Part shown: piece by piece, positions 43,787 to 51,560 of the stretch
Layout of the letters: every line of letters starts with the position of its first letter
Position numbering within the stretch: the first letter of the stretch is position 1
Virus record (IMG/VR): IMGVR_UViG_3300045988_151594
DNA from: a virus
Strand: one strand, 5' to 3'
DNA length: 52,993 nt
Program-made: the position numbers and the translations under genes
The notes under the pieces: model-generated
Seen by the model: only the letters and a program-made list of their open reading frames with translations
Databases searched by the model: none
What the model was told of the DNA's origin: nothing

Positions 43787-44014
43787 TTAACAACTATAAT
43801 ATTTATTTTCTATATTGTCATATCCCATTAGAACCTTTCCAGAGGCATCAGAATATAACTCACATCTTACTTGAGAAGGGTCTACTTTGTTTTCATCCCC
43901 ACCACTTATTTCTATAAATAATTTTTTAGCCTCTGCAAATTTACACCAGTCACTCAACCATTCATTTCCTTCTCTATCAAACCAACTAACAATATAATTT
44001 TTATTCATTTTCAT
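43787..44014 (-). CDS. Hypothetical small acidic protein (75 aa)
   Basis: ORF with RBS 'aaggggga'. No motif recognised. Confidence 0.5.
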   Translation of the reverse strand: MKMNKNYIVSWFDREGNEWLSDWCKFAEAKKLFIEISGGDENKVDPSQVRCELYSDASGKVLMGYDNIENKYYSC

Positions 44015-44241
44015 ATCCCCCTTAATTTTTTATTTACTTATATATATGCAAGAGTTATATAAAAATTGCATAAATTTATATAAATTTTAAATAATTTTTT
44101 ATTAATTTTATGTAACACTTATAGAAGAATTACATATATTTATACAAAGAAAATAAATAGAGGATTTCAAGAAAAAATAAATAATATAATTATTATACAT
44201 TTTTTAGGTAATAATTGAATAAAAATTAGTGAGGTGAGATT

Positions 44242-44412
44242 ATGGCAAAAGAAAAACCAACTATAATCAATATAAGCTTCAAAACACAAACACTAGATGA
44301 TAAGATGCTCTTAGATTGGCTAGAAGTCAAATTTAAAGAATATGGGAAATCAAATTATATAAAGAATGTGCTTAGAGAAAAGATGTATAAAGAAATAAAT
44401 AAAGAAGAGTAA
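44242..44412 (+). CDS. Mnt/CopG-like ribbon-helix-helix protein (56 aa), divergent from the leftward block
   Basis: RBS 'gaggtga' then ATG. 'MAKEKPTIINISFKTQTLDDKMLLDWLEVKFKEYGKSNYIKNVLREKMYKEINKEE'. A terminator follows. Confidence 0.5.
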   Translation: MAKEKPTIINISFKTQTLDDKMLLDWLEVKFKEYGKSNYIKNVLREKMYKEINKEE

Positions 44413-44421
44413 ACAAAAGAA

Positions 44422-44455
44422 AAAGCCGAGAACGAATATCTCAGGCTTTTTTATT
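44422..44455. terminator. Intrinsic (bidirectional) terminator
   Basis: 'aagccgaga-acgaata-tctcaggctt' followed by 'ttttatt', with an A-run upstream. Confidence 0.7.
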
Positions 44456-44589
44456 ATGTTAAAATAGAATTTTTTCTATTATATCTAGAGCAATAGCACA
44501 CCCAAACCAAAATATAGCTTCACTCATTATAATTCACCTACTTGCGATTTTGTGTAATCTTATTATTTACAATTTAAGGAGGTTTATGT

Positions 44590-44964
44590 ATGGAAACTTA
44601 TACTATAAGTGAATTTTTACACAAAGATAAATATGATTTAAATGCCATAGATAAATTTATAGGAAATTTAAAGAAGAATAAAAAAGAGTATGCTAGATTA
44701 GTATTTTTATTGGCTATTTCTATTCCAAAGCCTATATTCGCTCAAAATAATGATATGGGATTAGGAGATGTAGCCTATGAAATAATTCACATGGTCCTTG
44801 TATTCGCTAAATATGGATGCCTAGGCAAAGGCATACTATGTATGACAAATGAAATGTTAGCAGGGGCTAATTTAAAACAGGCATTTGGAGAAGGAATACA
44901 ATATTTTGTTTTTTATATTGTATTAAACATTTATCCAAGATTATTTAGTATGGTTAAATTTTAA
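44590..44964 (+). CDS. Small polytopic membrane protein (VirB2/TrbC- or PrgI/VirB3-like architecture)
   Basis: RBS 'aaggagg'. Hydrophilic N-terminus, a hydrophobic segment ending 'PIFAQNN', then two hydrophobic helices. First gene of a 3-gene operon. Confidence 0.5.
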   Translation: METYTISEFLHKDKYDLNAIDKFIGNLKKNKKEYARLVFLLAISIPKPIFAQNNDMGLGDVAYEIIHMVLVFAKYGCLGKGILCMTNEMLAGANLKQAFGEGIQYFVFYIVLNIYPRLFSMVKF

Positions 44965-44976
44965 GGAGGTATTTAT

Positions 44977-45186
44977 ATGGATAAATTAAATGCTTTTTTA
45001 GGCAAATTTACAGTTGAGTGCTTAGAAACTTTAAGTATCGTTTGCTATGATTGGCTAGTAGTAGCCGGATTGATAGCTTTAGTTTTATATATATTCGGTT
45101 GGGAAAAAGGAAAGAAAGTAGGATTAATGTGTCCTGCTATATATATCATAATTAACATATTAAGTAAGGTGTTATGCCATGCTTAA
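44977..45186 (+). CDS. Small two-TM membrane protein
   Basis: RBS 'aaggagg'. 'WLVVAGLIALVLYIFGW' and 'VGLMCPAIYIIINILSKVL'. It overlaps the ATPase start by 8 nt. Confidence 0.6.
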   Translation: MDKLNAFLGKFTVECLETLSIVCYDWLVVAGLIALVLYIFGWEKGKKVGLMCPAIYIIINILSKVLCHA

Positions 45187-47461
45187 TATAATTCCTAGTA
45201 AACCTAAAAGTATGAAATTAAGTGATTATTACGAATATAGAAAATGCGAATATTCAATTATCAGATTAGTTCCTACAAAGAGCAACAAAAATAATAATAC
45301 TGAACAAATAGCATCTCTAATTAATAAAATGTTTAAGCAGTCTAATAAATATATAAATCAAGCTAGTAAAAAGTTAATTATCGTTCAAAAGCCCAAAGTA
45401 TCCTTTTATATTCATATTACAAAAGGAAAGGTCCAATTTTATTTTATAATTCCTAAATCATATCTAAATCAATTTAAAATAAAATTTCAAGAGGTTTGGA
45501 AAAATATAGAGATTGAAGAAGTGGATAATATTCCAATGGATATTAATAGCTGCAGTAAATTTGATTTGCATTATAAATATGATGAGTCATTATCTCTTGC
45601 GGTTGATAAAAGAAATAATGACTTACTCAATAGCAACATGACGATTACATCTATATTGGAAGAAAATGAAATGGTGGGAATATTATATAATTTTATACCG
45701 ACTAGTGAAAAAGAATCTAACTATTTTAGATCTAATACCTATCCAAGAGCAATTCAAAGATACAAAAATGGAGAAAATCTAAAAAAGTCAAAAAATATTA
45801 AAGATTTATCTGTAATAGCATTAAAAAATTTTATCTCACTCATAAACGACCTCTTAAATTGTATTTTAAACGTACCACAAAATAATCAGCTTATACTTAA
45901 TCCTTTACAGTGTGAAATCTCTCATAGCACCAAAAGAAAAGGCGAGAAGGCAATTTGTAAAAATCAGAGTATAATTTTAACCAAATCTAGTGAGAAATCA
46001 AGAGAAATTGAACTTTCTAACGCTTTTTCTAATACTTTCAAGATAATTTCAGATGATAATGAGTTAATCATTAATGAAATTACTAAAAACATTGATATAA
46101 AAAAGACAATCATAAACCATGTGAATATTAATAAGACAACAATTGAAGAAAGCAGTAATTTTATAAGTATGCCGTCTTTAGAGGTTATAAATCAGTTTAA
46201 GATGATAGAACATAATAAGTGCCTAGAGTTGAAAGCCCCTAAGTGTTTAGAAGATGGAGAAATAAGGATTGGAACTGTAAAGAATAAAGAAAATAAACAA
46301 GAGGTATATTACTCCATGGATGAGCAAATGAAAAGACTAGGAAGAGTATTACTTGGAAGTATGGGTAGTGGTAAATCTTATTATATGCAAAATATGGCAA
46401 GTGATATTATAAAAGCTGGTAGAGGATTAGTAGTAATAGATTATATAGATAAATGTCAGCTATCAGATAATATAAAGAAAATAACTTCAAAGGATAAATT
46501 AGTAGAAATTAATTTCAATGATCCTAAGCAAGTTCAATCATTTAACTTCAATGAGTTAATATTTAATGAAGATGATGACATATACTATAAGGTTAATATA
46601 GCTATGCAGAAAGCTGAACAAATGCAATTATTATTAGACAGTATAAATGATGACAATAGTAAACTTACACCCAGAATGCTTAGATATTTTTATGCAGCTG
46701 CTACAGTAGTTTATTATAAGAATGTAAATGCTAGTTTTAAAGACATTATTAATATGTTGAAATATCCAGATAAAAGATTTGAGTTAATAAAGAATGTACC
46801 AGATATTTTAATAGAAGAAATAGAAGATTTAAAAGATCTAGATAAAATAGATAGCAAAGGTAGAGTAGAGAATTATGATAGTAAGATAGATGGAATTCTG
46901 GACCGTGTTAGCTGGTTAAAAACTAATTTATATACAAAACTAGCATTTAATAAAGAAGCTGATAATAATATTAATTTTGTAGAAGCTATGAAGCAGAATA
47001 AAGTAATTCTGATAAAAATACCCGAACAGTATTTTAAAAGCAGAATGATTAGAAATGTAATTGCCACATACTTTTTAAATAAAATTTGGATTAGTAAGCA
47101 AATAGATTGTAGTACACATACAGAATTATTCTTTGATGAGATACATCAATGTTACAACTGCCAACTACTTATGCAAAACATATTGGTAGAATGTAGAAAA
47201 TTTCAATTAACTCCTACTTTAGCTTTGCATTATTTAGACCAATTAACTCCTAAATGTAAAAATAGTGTATTAGCATCTGGGTCTAGTTATTTATTATTGC
47301 AAGGATGTGATGTAAAAGCATTTAAAGAATTATCTACTTACTTCGAGAAAGATGGATATAGCGAAATAGATTTAGCTGAATTAGATAGATATAATGCTTT
47401 ATGCCTAATAAAGAATGAAGAACAAGGATATAGCTCGTTTATATGTAAGCTGCCTAGTTAG
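45179..47461 (+). CDS. 760-aa P-loop NTPase of the VirB4/TraG/HerA/FtsK clade (T4SS-type ATPase-like)
   Basis: Walker A 'LLGSMGSGKSYY' (about 46349-46384). Walker B 'ELFFDEIHQ' (about 47124-47150). 'VECRKFQLTPTLALHYLDQL' block. About 250 aa separate Walker A and B. The roughly 380-aa N-terminal region is unassigned. Confidence 0.65.
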   Translation: MLNIIPSKPKSMKLSDYYEYRKCEYSIIRLVPTKSNKNNNTEQIASLINKMFKQSNKYINQASKKLIIVQKPKVSFYIHITKGKVQFYFIIPKSYLNQFKIKFQEVWKNIEIEEVDNIPMDINSCSKFDLHYKYDESLSLAVDKRNNDLLNSNMTITSILEENEMVGILYNFIPTSEKESNYFRSNTYPRAIQRYKNGENLKKSKNIKDLSVIALKNFISLINDLLNCILNVPQNNQLILNPLQCEISHSTKRKGEKAICKNQSIILTKSSEKSREIELSNAFSNTFKIISDDNELIINEITKNIDIKKTIINHVNINKTTIEESSNFISMPSLEVINQFKMIEHNKCLELKAPKCLEDGEIRIGTVKNKENKQEVYYSMDEQMKRLGRVLLGSMGSGKSYYMQNMASDIIKAGRGLVVIDYIDKCQLSDNIKKITSKDKLVEINFNDPKQVQSFNFNELIFNEDDDIYYKVNIAMQKAEQMQLLLDSINDDNSKLTPRMLRYFYAAATVVYYKNVNASFKDIINMLKYPDKRFELIKNVPDILIEEIEDLKDLDKIDSKGRVENYDSKIDGILDRVSWLKTNLYTKLAFNKEADNNINFVEAMKQNKVILIKIPEQYFKSRMIRNVIATYFLNKIWISKQIDCSTHTELFFDEIHQCYNCQLLMQNILVECRKFQLTPTLALHYLDQLTPKCKNSVLASGSSYLLLQGCDVKAFKELSTYFEKDGYSEIDLAELDRYNALCLIKNEEQGYSSFICKLPS

Positions 47462-47722
47462 GTAGCTTATTTTTATGTAAATTTGTATTAAAAAAGGAGC
47501 ACATGCATAAGCACGCACTCCCCTATGGACACTAACCATATCATAAACCGTGTATTAAATATCTAAACAAGTTTAGAACGTTTCACTTATCAAATACACT
47601 TGATATAGTGTATGCGAAACACTGGTTAAAAATTGCATGTCCTTTCATATTTAACACATATTTAACATTTAATTCCTAACTGCTATAATTATCTGTGAAT
47701 AAAATTGTGGATAAAATATAAT

Positions 47723-47955
47723 AGCTGACTTTTCAGCTGACATTTTAAATATATTCATGGTTGTGTTGTTGTAGATAGCTTTATTTGATAAGTATAGTCA
47801 ATCACACGTACAGTGTGCCAAAGAGCATTGTAAACTTTGGAATTGAATGGCAAGTGTAAGTATTTTCAGTACTTACACTTGTAACTAATGGTAATTTTTA
47901 CTATATTTTAGACTGTCAATACACTGACAACTGACAATCAAACTGACAACTGACA
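47723..47955. other. Candidate attP region with CTGACA-type arm repeats
   Basis: 'agctgac' at 47723 and 47735. 'tgtcag'-type inverted copy at 47911-47920. 'actgacaactgaca' at 47923 and 47942, abutting the int stop codon. Confidence 0.45.
47851..47881. repeat. Perfect 12-bp-stem hairpin / inverted repeat inside the candidate attP
   Basis: 'caagtgtaagta-ttttcag-tacttacacttg' read directly. Confidence 0.85.
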
Positions 47956-49077
47956 TTACTTTTTAAATAGCATATCTTCCAAATTATCACTTGCTTTTTT
48001 ATCCATTTCATCAAGTGTATGAGTGTATATATTTAATGTAGTCCTTATATCTGAATGCCCTAACCTAGTTGATACTGTCTTTATATCTGTGCCAGCTGCA
48101 ATTGATAGAGTAGCAGATGAATGCCTTAAATCATACATTCTAATCCTTCTTAAATCGTATCTATCACAAAATCTAACAAATTGGTGGAATAATGTATTCA
48201 TCTTCCACATTTCCAATCTCGTATTTAGGCATACTAGATTATATTGATTAAATAGAACACCATCATTTATTAGTCTGTTTTGTCTTTCCTTCTCTTTTAT
48301 CAATTTTTCAATCAAATAATTAGGTACAGTTATTATTCTTTTAGAATTTTCTGTTTTAGGATCTTTAAAATAAGAATTACCTTCAATCTCATAAATACTT
48401 TTATTAACAAAAATAGTATTCTTTTCAAAATTGACATCGTCCCAGCTTAAAGCCATAGCTTCACCTTTTCTAAGTCCAGCAAGTAACATTAATAATAAAG
48501 GTAGTTCTAATGCCTTATTTTCTACACATTTAATAGCTTTTAAGGCTTCTTCTTTGGTCCAGCTGGTGGCCTTAACCTTAATATTTTTTTTAGGAACTTT
48601 TATAAAATCTGTTATATTTTCACTTGTTTCTCTAAAACGATAAGCATCTCTTAAAACTACTCTAAGGGAAGCATATCTAGCTTCTGCACTACTTCCACCA
48701 TGTTCTTTATATATTTTATTTGCCCACTGTTGCAATTGGTATACAGTTACTTCACTTAATTTAGTATCTTTAAAAAAGGGCTCTATTGATGCTTTTATGA
48801 TGCTTCTTCTCTTTTTTATAGTATATGGAGATAAATTATTAGTATTATCTTCTAAAAATTTATAACATCTATCTACTAATGTTATATCTTTACTTATTAC
48901 AAACTTGTTTTTATTAATAGAACTTTTTAGATCAATAAGATGTTTATCTGCTTCCTTTTTAGAATCATATTTGCCAACACTTTTTTGTTTTAGTTTCCCT
49001 TTTTCATCATAGTATTCAACTATAACATTATAATTATTGCCTCTCTTACGAATAAATGTGCTTTTTATATTATCCAA
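47956..49077 (-). CDS. int: Tyrosine integrase
   Basis: C-terminal catalytic region 'MYDLRHSSATLSIAAGTDIKTVSTRLGHSDIRTTLNIYTH' (R...HxxR...Y) and an N-terminal SAM-like/arm-binding region. Confidence 0.9.
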   Translation of the reverse strand: MDNIKSTFIRKRGNNYNVIVEYYDEKGKLKQKSVGKYDSKKEADKHLIDLKSSINKNKFVISKDITLVDRCYKFLEDNTNNLSPYTIKKRRSIIKASIEPFFKDTKLSEVTVYQLQQWANKIYKEHGGSSAEARYASLRVVLRDAYRFRETSENITDFIKVPKKNIKVKATSWTKEEALKAIKCVENKALELPLLLMLLAGLRKGEAMALSWDDVNFEKNTIFVNKSIYEIEGNSYFKDPKTENSKRIITVPNYLIEKLIKEKERQNRLINDGVLFNQYNLVCLNTRLEMWKMNTLFHQFVRFCDRYDLRRIRMYDLRHSSATLSIAAGTDIKTVSTRLGHSDIRTTLNIYTHTLDEMDKKASDNLEDMLFKK

Positions 49078-49318
49078 TCTTGAACACTCCTAGTTCTTCT
49101 GAAAATTCAACTTTATTCAATTCTTTATCTATAAGCCAGTCGCTAAGTTCATAAGGACTTATTTTCAATTTTTTTGAAATATTTATTATCTGCTTAATTG
49201 TTACATTCTTTTTTTTATGCTTGCTTTCTAATTCACTCAAAAAACTCTGAGATAAATTGCATTTTATAGCTAATTCCTTTTGTGTTAATCTTTGTTTTTT
49301 TCTTGCTTCTTTTATCAT
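49070..49318 (-). CDS. XRE-family HTH protein overlapping the integrase start
   Basis: 'RLTQKELAIKCNLSQSFLSELES' is an HTH_3 motif. ATG 49318 follows 'gagagga'. The track start is a TTG. Confidence 0.7.
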   Translation of the reverse strand: MIKEARKKQRLTQKELAIKCNLSQSFLSELESKHKKKNVTIKQIINISKKLKISPYELSDWLIDKELNKVEFSEELGVFKIG

Positions 49319-49374
49319 TATTTTTCCTCTCAAATGTCATTTATATTTACACTTAAAATGTCAAATTAGGTCGC

Positions 49375-49397
49375 AAATATCGCTGTCAGCGATATTT
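49375..49397. promoter_or_regulatory. Perfect 23-nt palindrome (11-bp arms)
   Basis: 'aaatatcgctg-t-cagcgatattt', followed by a T-run on the + strand. It contains the TGTCAG motif also seen around int. Confidence 0.6.
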
Positions 49398-49541
49398 TTT
49401 CTGCTACAATTTTATTAGAAAGGGGAGAGACAATGAAAAAAGAAGAGTTTATTGAAAAAGTATTGAAGATAAAAAAGGAAAACAAAGATGATTATAAAAA
49501 AATAATTGATAAAATTAATGAACTAAGACAAGTAAAGTAAT

Positions 49542-49871
49542 TTATTTGTCTTTTCTTTTTTTTATCATAGTTTGAATCATAGTATCAATTAATTCTTTAT
49601 TGTCTTCACTTAAATCTGAATACTTTTTATATAAACTACTTATTTCATCATATTCTTTATTTAAATATTCATCAGCCCCTCTTAGCAGAAAATCTATTGT
49701 TACATGAAAGTAGTCAGCTATTTTTATTAATGTCTCGGCATCAGGAAACCTCCTATTTGTTACCCAGTTTGAAACAGATCCACGCTTTACATTTAACGTA
49801 TCAGCTAAGTCTTTTTGAGTAATACCATTACTTTTTATTAAAAATTGAAGCCTATCACCAAAGCTAGTCAT
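49542..49871 (-). CDS. CI-like lysogeny repressor (XRE HTH)
   Basis: 'ITQKDLADTLNVKRGSVSNWVTNRRFPDAETLIKIADYFHVTIDFLL'. ATG 49871 follows 'gggaggtg'. It is divergent from the cro-like gene. Confidence 0.8.
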   Translation of the reverse strand: MTSFGDRLQFLIKSNGITQKDLADTLNVKRGSVSNWVTNRRFPDAETLIKIADYFHVTIDFLLRGADEYLNKEYDEISSLYKKYSDLSEDNKELIDTMIQTMIKKRKDK

Positions 49872-49929
49872 ATCAACACCTCCCATTACTTCAAATATAC
49901 CATAATTAATAATTATATGAAAGTTATAG

Positions 49930-50023
49930 CTTCAATATGAATATTTTTTCGAAAAAAATTAAAAATAATATTGACAACTTCAATATGAAGCATTAATATA
50001 TAAGTATAAACTTCAATATGAAG
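49930..50023. promoter_or_regulatory. Three operator copies CTTCA-ATA-TGAA(G/T) in the cI/cro intergenic region
   Basis: 49930-49942 ('cttcaatatgaat'), 49978-49990 and 50011-50023 ('cttcaatatgaag', palindromic 5+3+5). Confidence 0.75.
49971..49999 (+). promoter_or_regulatory. Rightward early promoter TTGACA-17-TAATAT, overlapped by the middle operator
   Basis: 'ttgaca' at 49971-76, a 17-nt spacer containing the operator, then 'taatat' at 49994-99. Confidence 0.7.
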
Positions 50024-50051
50024 CTAGAACAAATTAAAGGAGGTTGTATAA

Positions 50052-50282
50052 ATGCCAAACAATGTTGCTGGATTTAGAGCAAAATACAAAATACCTCAAA
50101 GGGTATTAGCTGATTTATTAAAAATAAAATTGCCAACATATTGCAATAAAGAAAATAATGTCAGAGCTGAATTCACAAGAAGCGAAATGGTTTCAATAAC
50201 AATATTTTTCAAGCAATATGAACCACAAATAACAATGGATGACTTATTTTTTTATCCAAAAGTGCTTCATAAAGAAGCATAA
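50052..50282 (+). CDS. Cro-like HTH regulator
   Basis: First gene of the rightward operon. 'IPQRVLADLLKIKLPTYCNKEN' is HTH-like. Confidence 0.65.
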   Translation: MPNNVAGFRAKYKIPQRVLADLLKIKLPTYCNKENNVRAEFTRSEMVSITIFFKQYEPQITMDDLFFYPKVLHKEA

Positions 50283-50321
50283 CATATTAAGTTAACAAAA
50301 ACATTAGGGGGATGATGGAAT

Positions 50322-50501
50322 ATGAAGAAAGTTTTAACAGTCAATGATGTGCAAGAAATACTACAAATATCTCAAAAAACAGCTTACAACTTAGTAAGAC
50401 AAGCTTTAACAACAGGAGATATGTTCAAAGTAATAAAAATAGGCGGAGTTTATAGAATTCCAACAGAATCATTTTTGAATTGGCTAGACCAAATAGATTA
50501 A
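50322..50501 (+). CDS. xis: Excisionase-family (MerR-like) DNA-binding protein
   Basis: 'LTVNDVQEILQISQKTAYNLVRQALTTGDMFKVIKIGGVYRIPTESFLNWL' is the classical excisionase-family HTH pattern. Not in the ORF track (59 aa). Confidence 0.7.
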   Translation: MKKVLTVNDVQEILQISQKTAYNLVRQALTTGDMFKVIKIGGVYRIPTESFLNWLDQID

Positions 50502-50518
50502 AAGGAGGGGAGTAATAA

Positions 50519-50644
50519 ATGTCAGTAACTTGGATACTTAAGATTTATTGTAATCTTATAAGAACAGGTGAGGCAGAAAATGACTGGGGAGAATATTTTA
50601 AATTTCAAGATATGGTATTAAGAAAAATAAATAAGGGGGAATAG
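50519..50644 (+). CDS. Hypothetical small protein (41 aa)
   Basis: RBS 'aaggagggg' then ATG. 'MSVTWILKIYCNLIRTGEAENDWGEYFKFQDMVLRKINKGE'. Confidence 0.4.
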   Translation: MSVTWILKIYCNLIRTGEAENDWGEYFKFQDMVLRKINKGE

Positions 50645-50647
50645 TAA

Positions 50648-51385
50648 ATGTCAGATTTATATAACAGTTACAAAGTTTTAAAAAATAATGAAGGACAAGC
50701 AGTACAAACAATACCTAGTTATGAAGTAGCAGAAATGATGGAAGTTGAGCATGCTAAAGTTTTAAGAATGATAGAAGGAGATAAAACTCATATAGGAATT
50801 ATACCTACGTTAAGAAAAGCCCAATTGGGTGTTTCAGAATATTTTATAGAAAGCACTTACAAAGTAGAAAACAATAACAAAATTTATAAATGCTATGAAT
50901 GTACTAAATTAGGCTGCGATATGTTAGCTAATAAAATAACTGGAGAAAAAGGAATATTATTCACGGCAAAATACGTTAAAAGATTTAATGAAATGATAGA
51001 AAATCCGTTTGCAGGTATATCAACTGAATTAAGAGCAATATTGATGCTAGACAAAAAGCAGCAAGAACTTGATAAAAGAGTAACTGGTATAGAAAATAAG
51101 ATGACAATAGACTATGAGTTAGCAGAAAATCTAAGAAATGCAATAAGTACAAGAGCTGTATATTTACTAGGTGGAAAACATACAGGAGCATACAAGAAAC
51201 TAAGCAAAAAACTATTTGCAGAATTTTATAGAGATTTAAAAACTTCATTCAAGGTTAACAGTTATAAAAATATTGCCCAAAAAAATTATGATGATGCACT
51301 TAAATATATAGAAAATTGGAAACCTAGTGAGATGTTAGTGTATGCGATACAAGGATTGAATGGTCAATTAAGTTTTGAATATTAA
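50648..51385 (+). CDS. Rha-family phage regulatory protein (with an ORF6C-like C-terminus)
   Basis: 'IPSYEVAEMMEVEHAKVLRMIEG...CYECTKLGCDMLANKITGEKGILFTAKYVKRFNEM' is the Rha pattern. Confidence 0.75.
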   Translation: MSDLYNSYKVLKNNEGQAVQTIPSYEVAEMMEVEHAKVLRMIEGDKTHIGIIPTLRKAQLGVSEYFIESTYKVENNNKIYKCYECTKLGCDMLANKITGEKGILFTAKYVKRFNEMIENPFAGISTELRAILMLDKKQQELDKRVTGIENKMTIDYELAENLRNAISTRAVYLLGGKHTGAYKKLSKKLFAEFYRDLKTSFKVNSYKNIAQKNYDDALKYIENWKPSEMLVYAIQGLNGQLSFEY

Positions 51386-51398
51386 AGGGGGATTTGAA

Positions 51399-51557
51399 AT
51401 GAAGAAAGAAAAAACTGCATACGAAAAATTTTTAGAATCTCAATTTTCTTACTGGAAAATGATAAGTGCAGCAGAAAGAGAAAAGAACATTAAATTAGAA
51501 GAAATCATTAAGAAAATTGAAGAAAAGATATACAACTTAGATGATAAGGAGGATTAA
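51399..51557 (+). CDS. Hypothetical small protein
   Basis: ATG after 'aaggggga'. The track start is at 51375. Confidence 0.45.
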   Translation: MKKEKTAYEKFLESQFSYWKMISAAEREKNIKLEEIIKKIEEKIYNLDDKED

Positions 51558-51560
51558 TAA

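Noticed and set aside
44590-47461. Interpretation of the membrane-protein/ATPase cassette as a remnant of an integrated filamentous (inovirus-like) phage, with small coat proteins plus a Zot/pI ATPase.
   Set aside because: pI/Zot ATPases have the P-loop at the extreme N-terminus and a C-terminal TM, and they are about half this size. Here Walker A lies at about residue 393 and Walker B about 250 aa later. No rep or ssb-like genes accompany the cassette.
49433-49504. Short + strand ORF with a strong RBS ('aggggagaga' then ATG) between the XRE and CI-like genes. I first read it as 35 aa.
   Set aside because: Careful codon counting gives only 23 aa ('MKKEEFIEKVLKIKKENKDDYKK*'). It is Lys-rich with no motif. 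The evidence is too weak to call it a gene.
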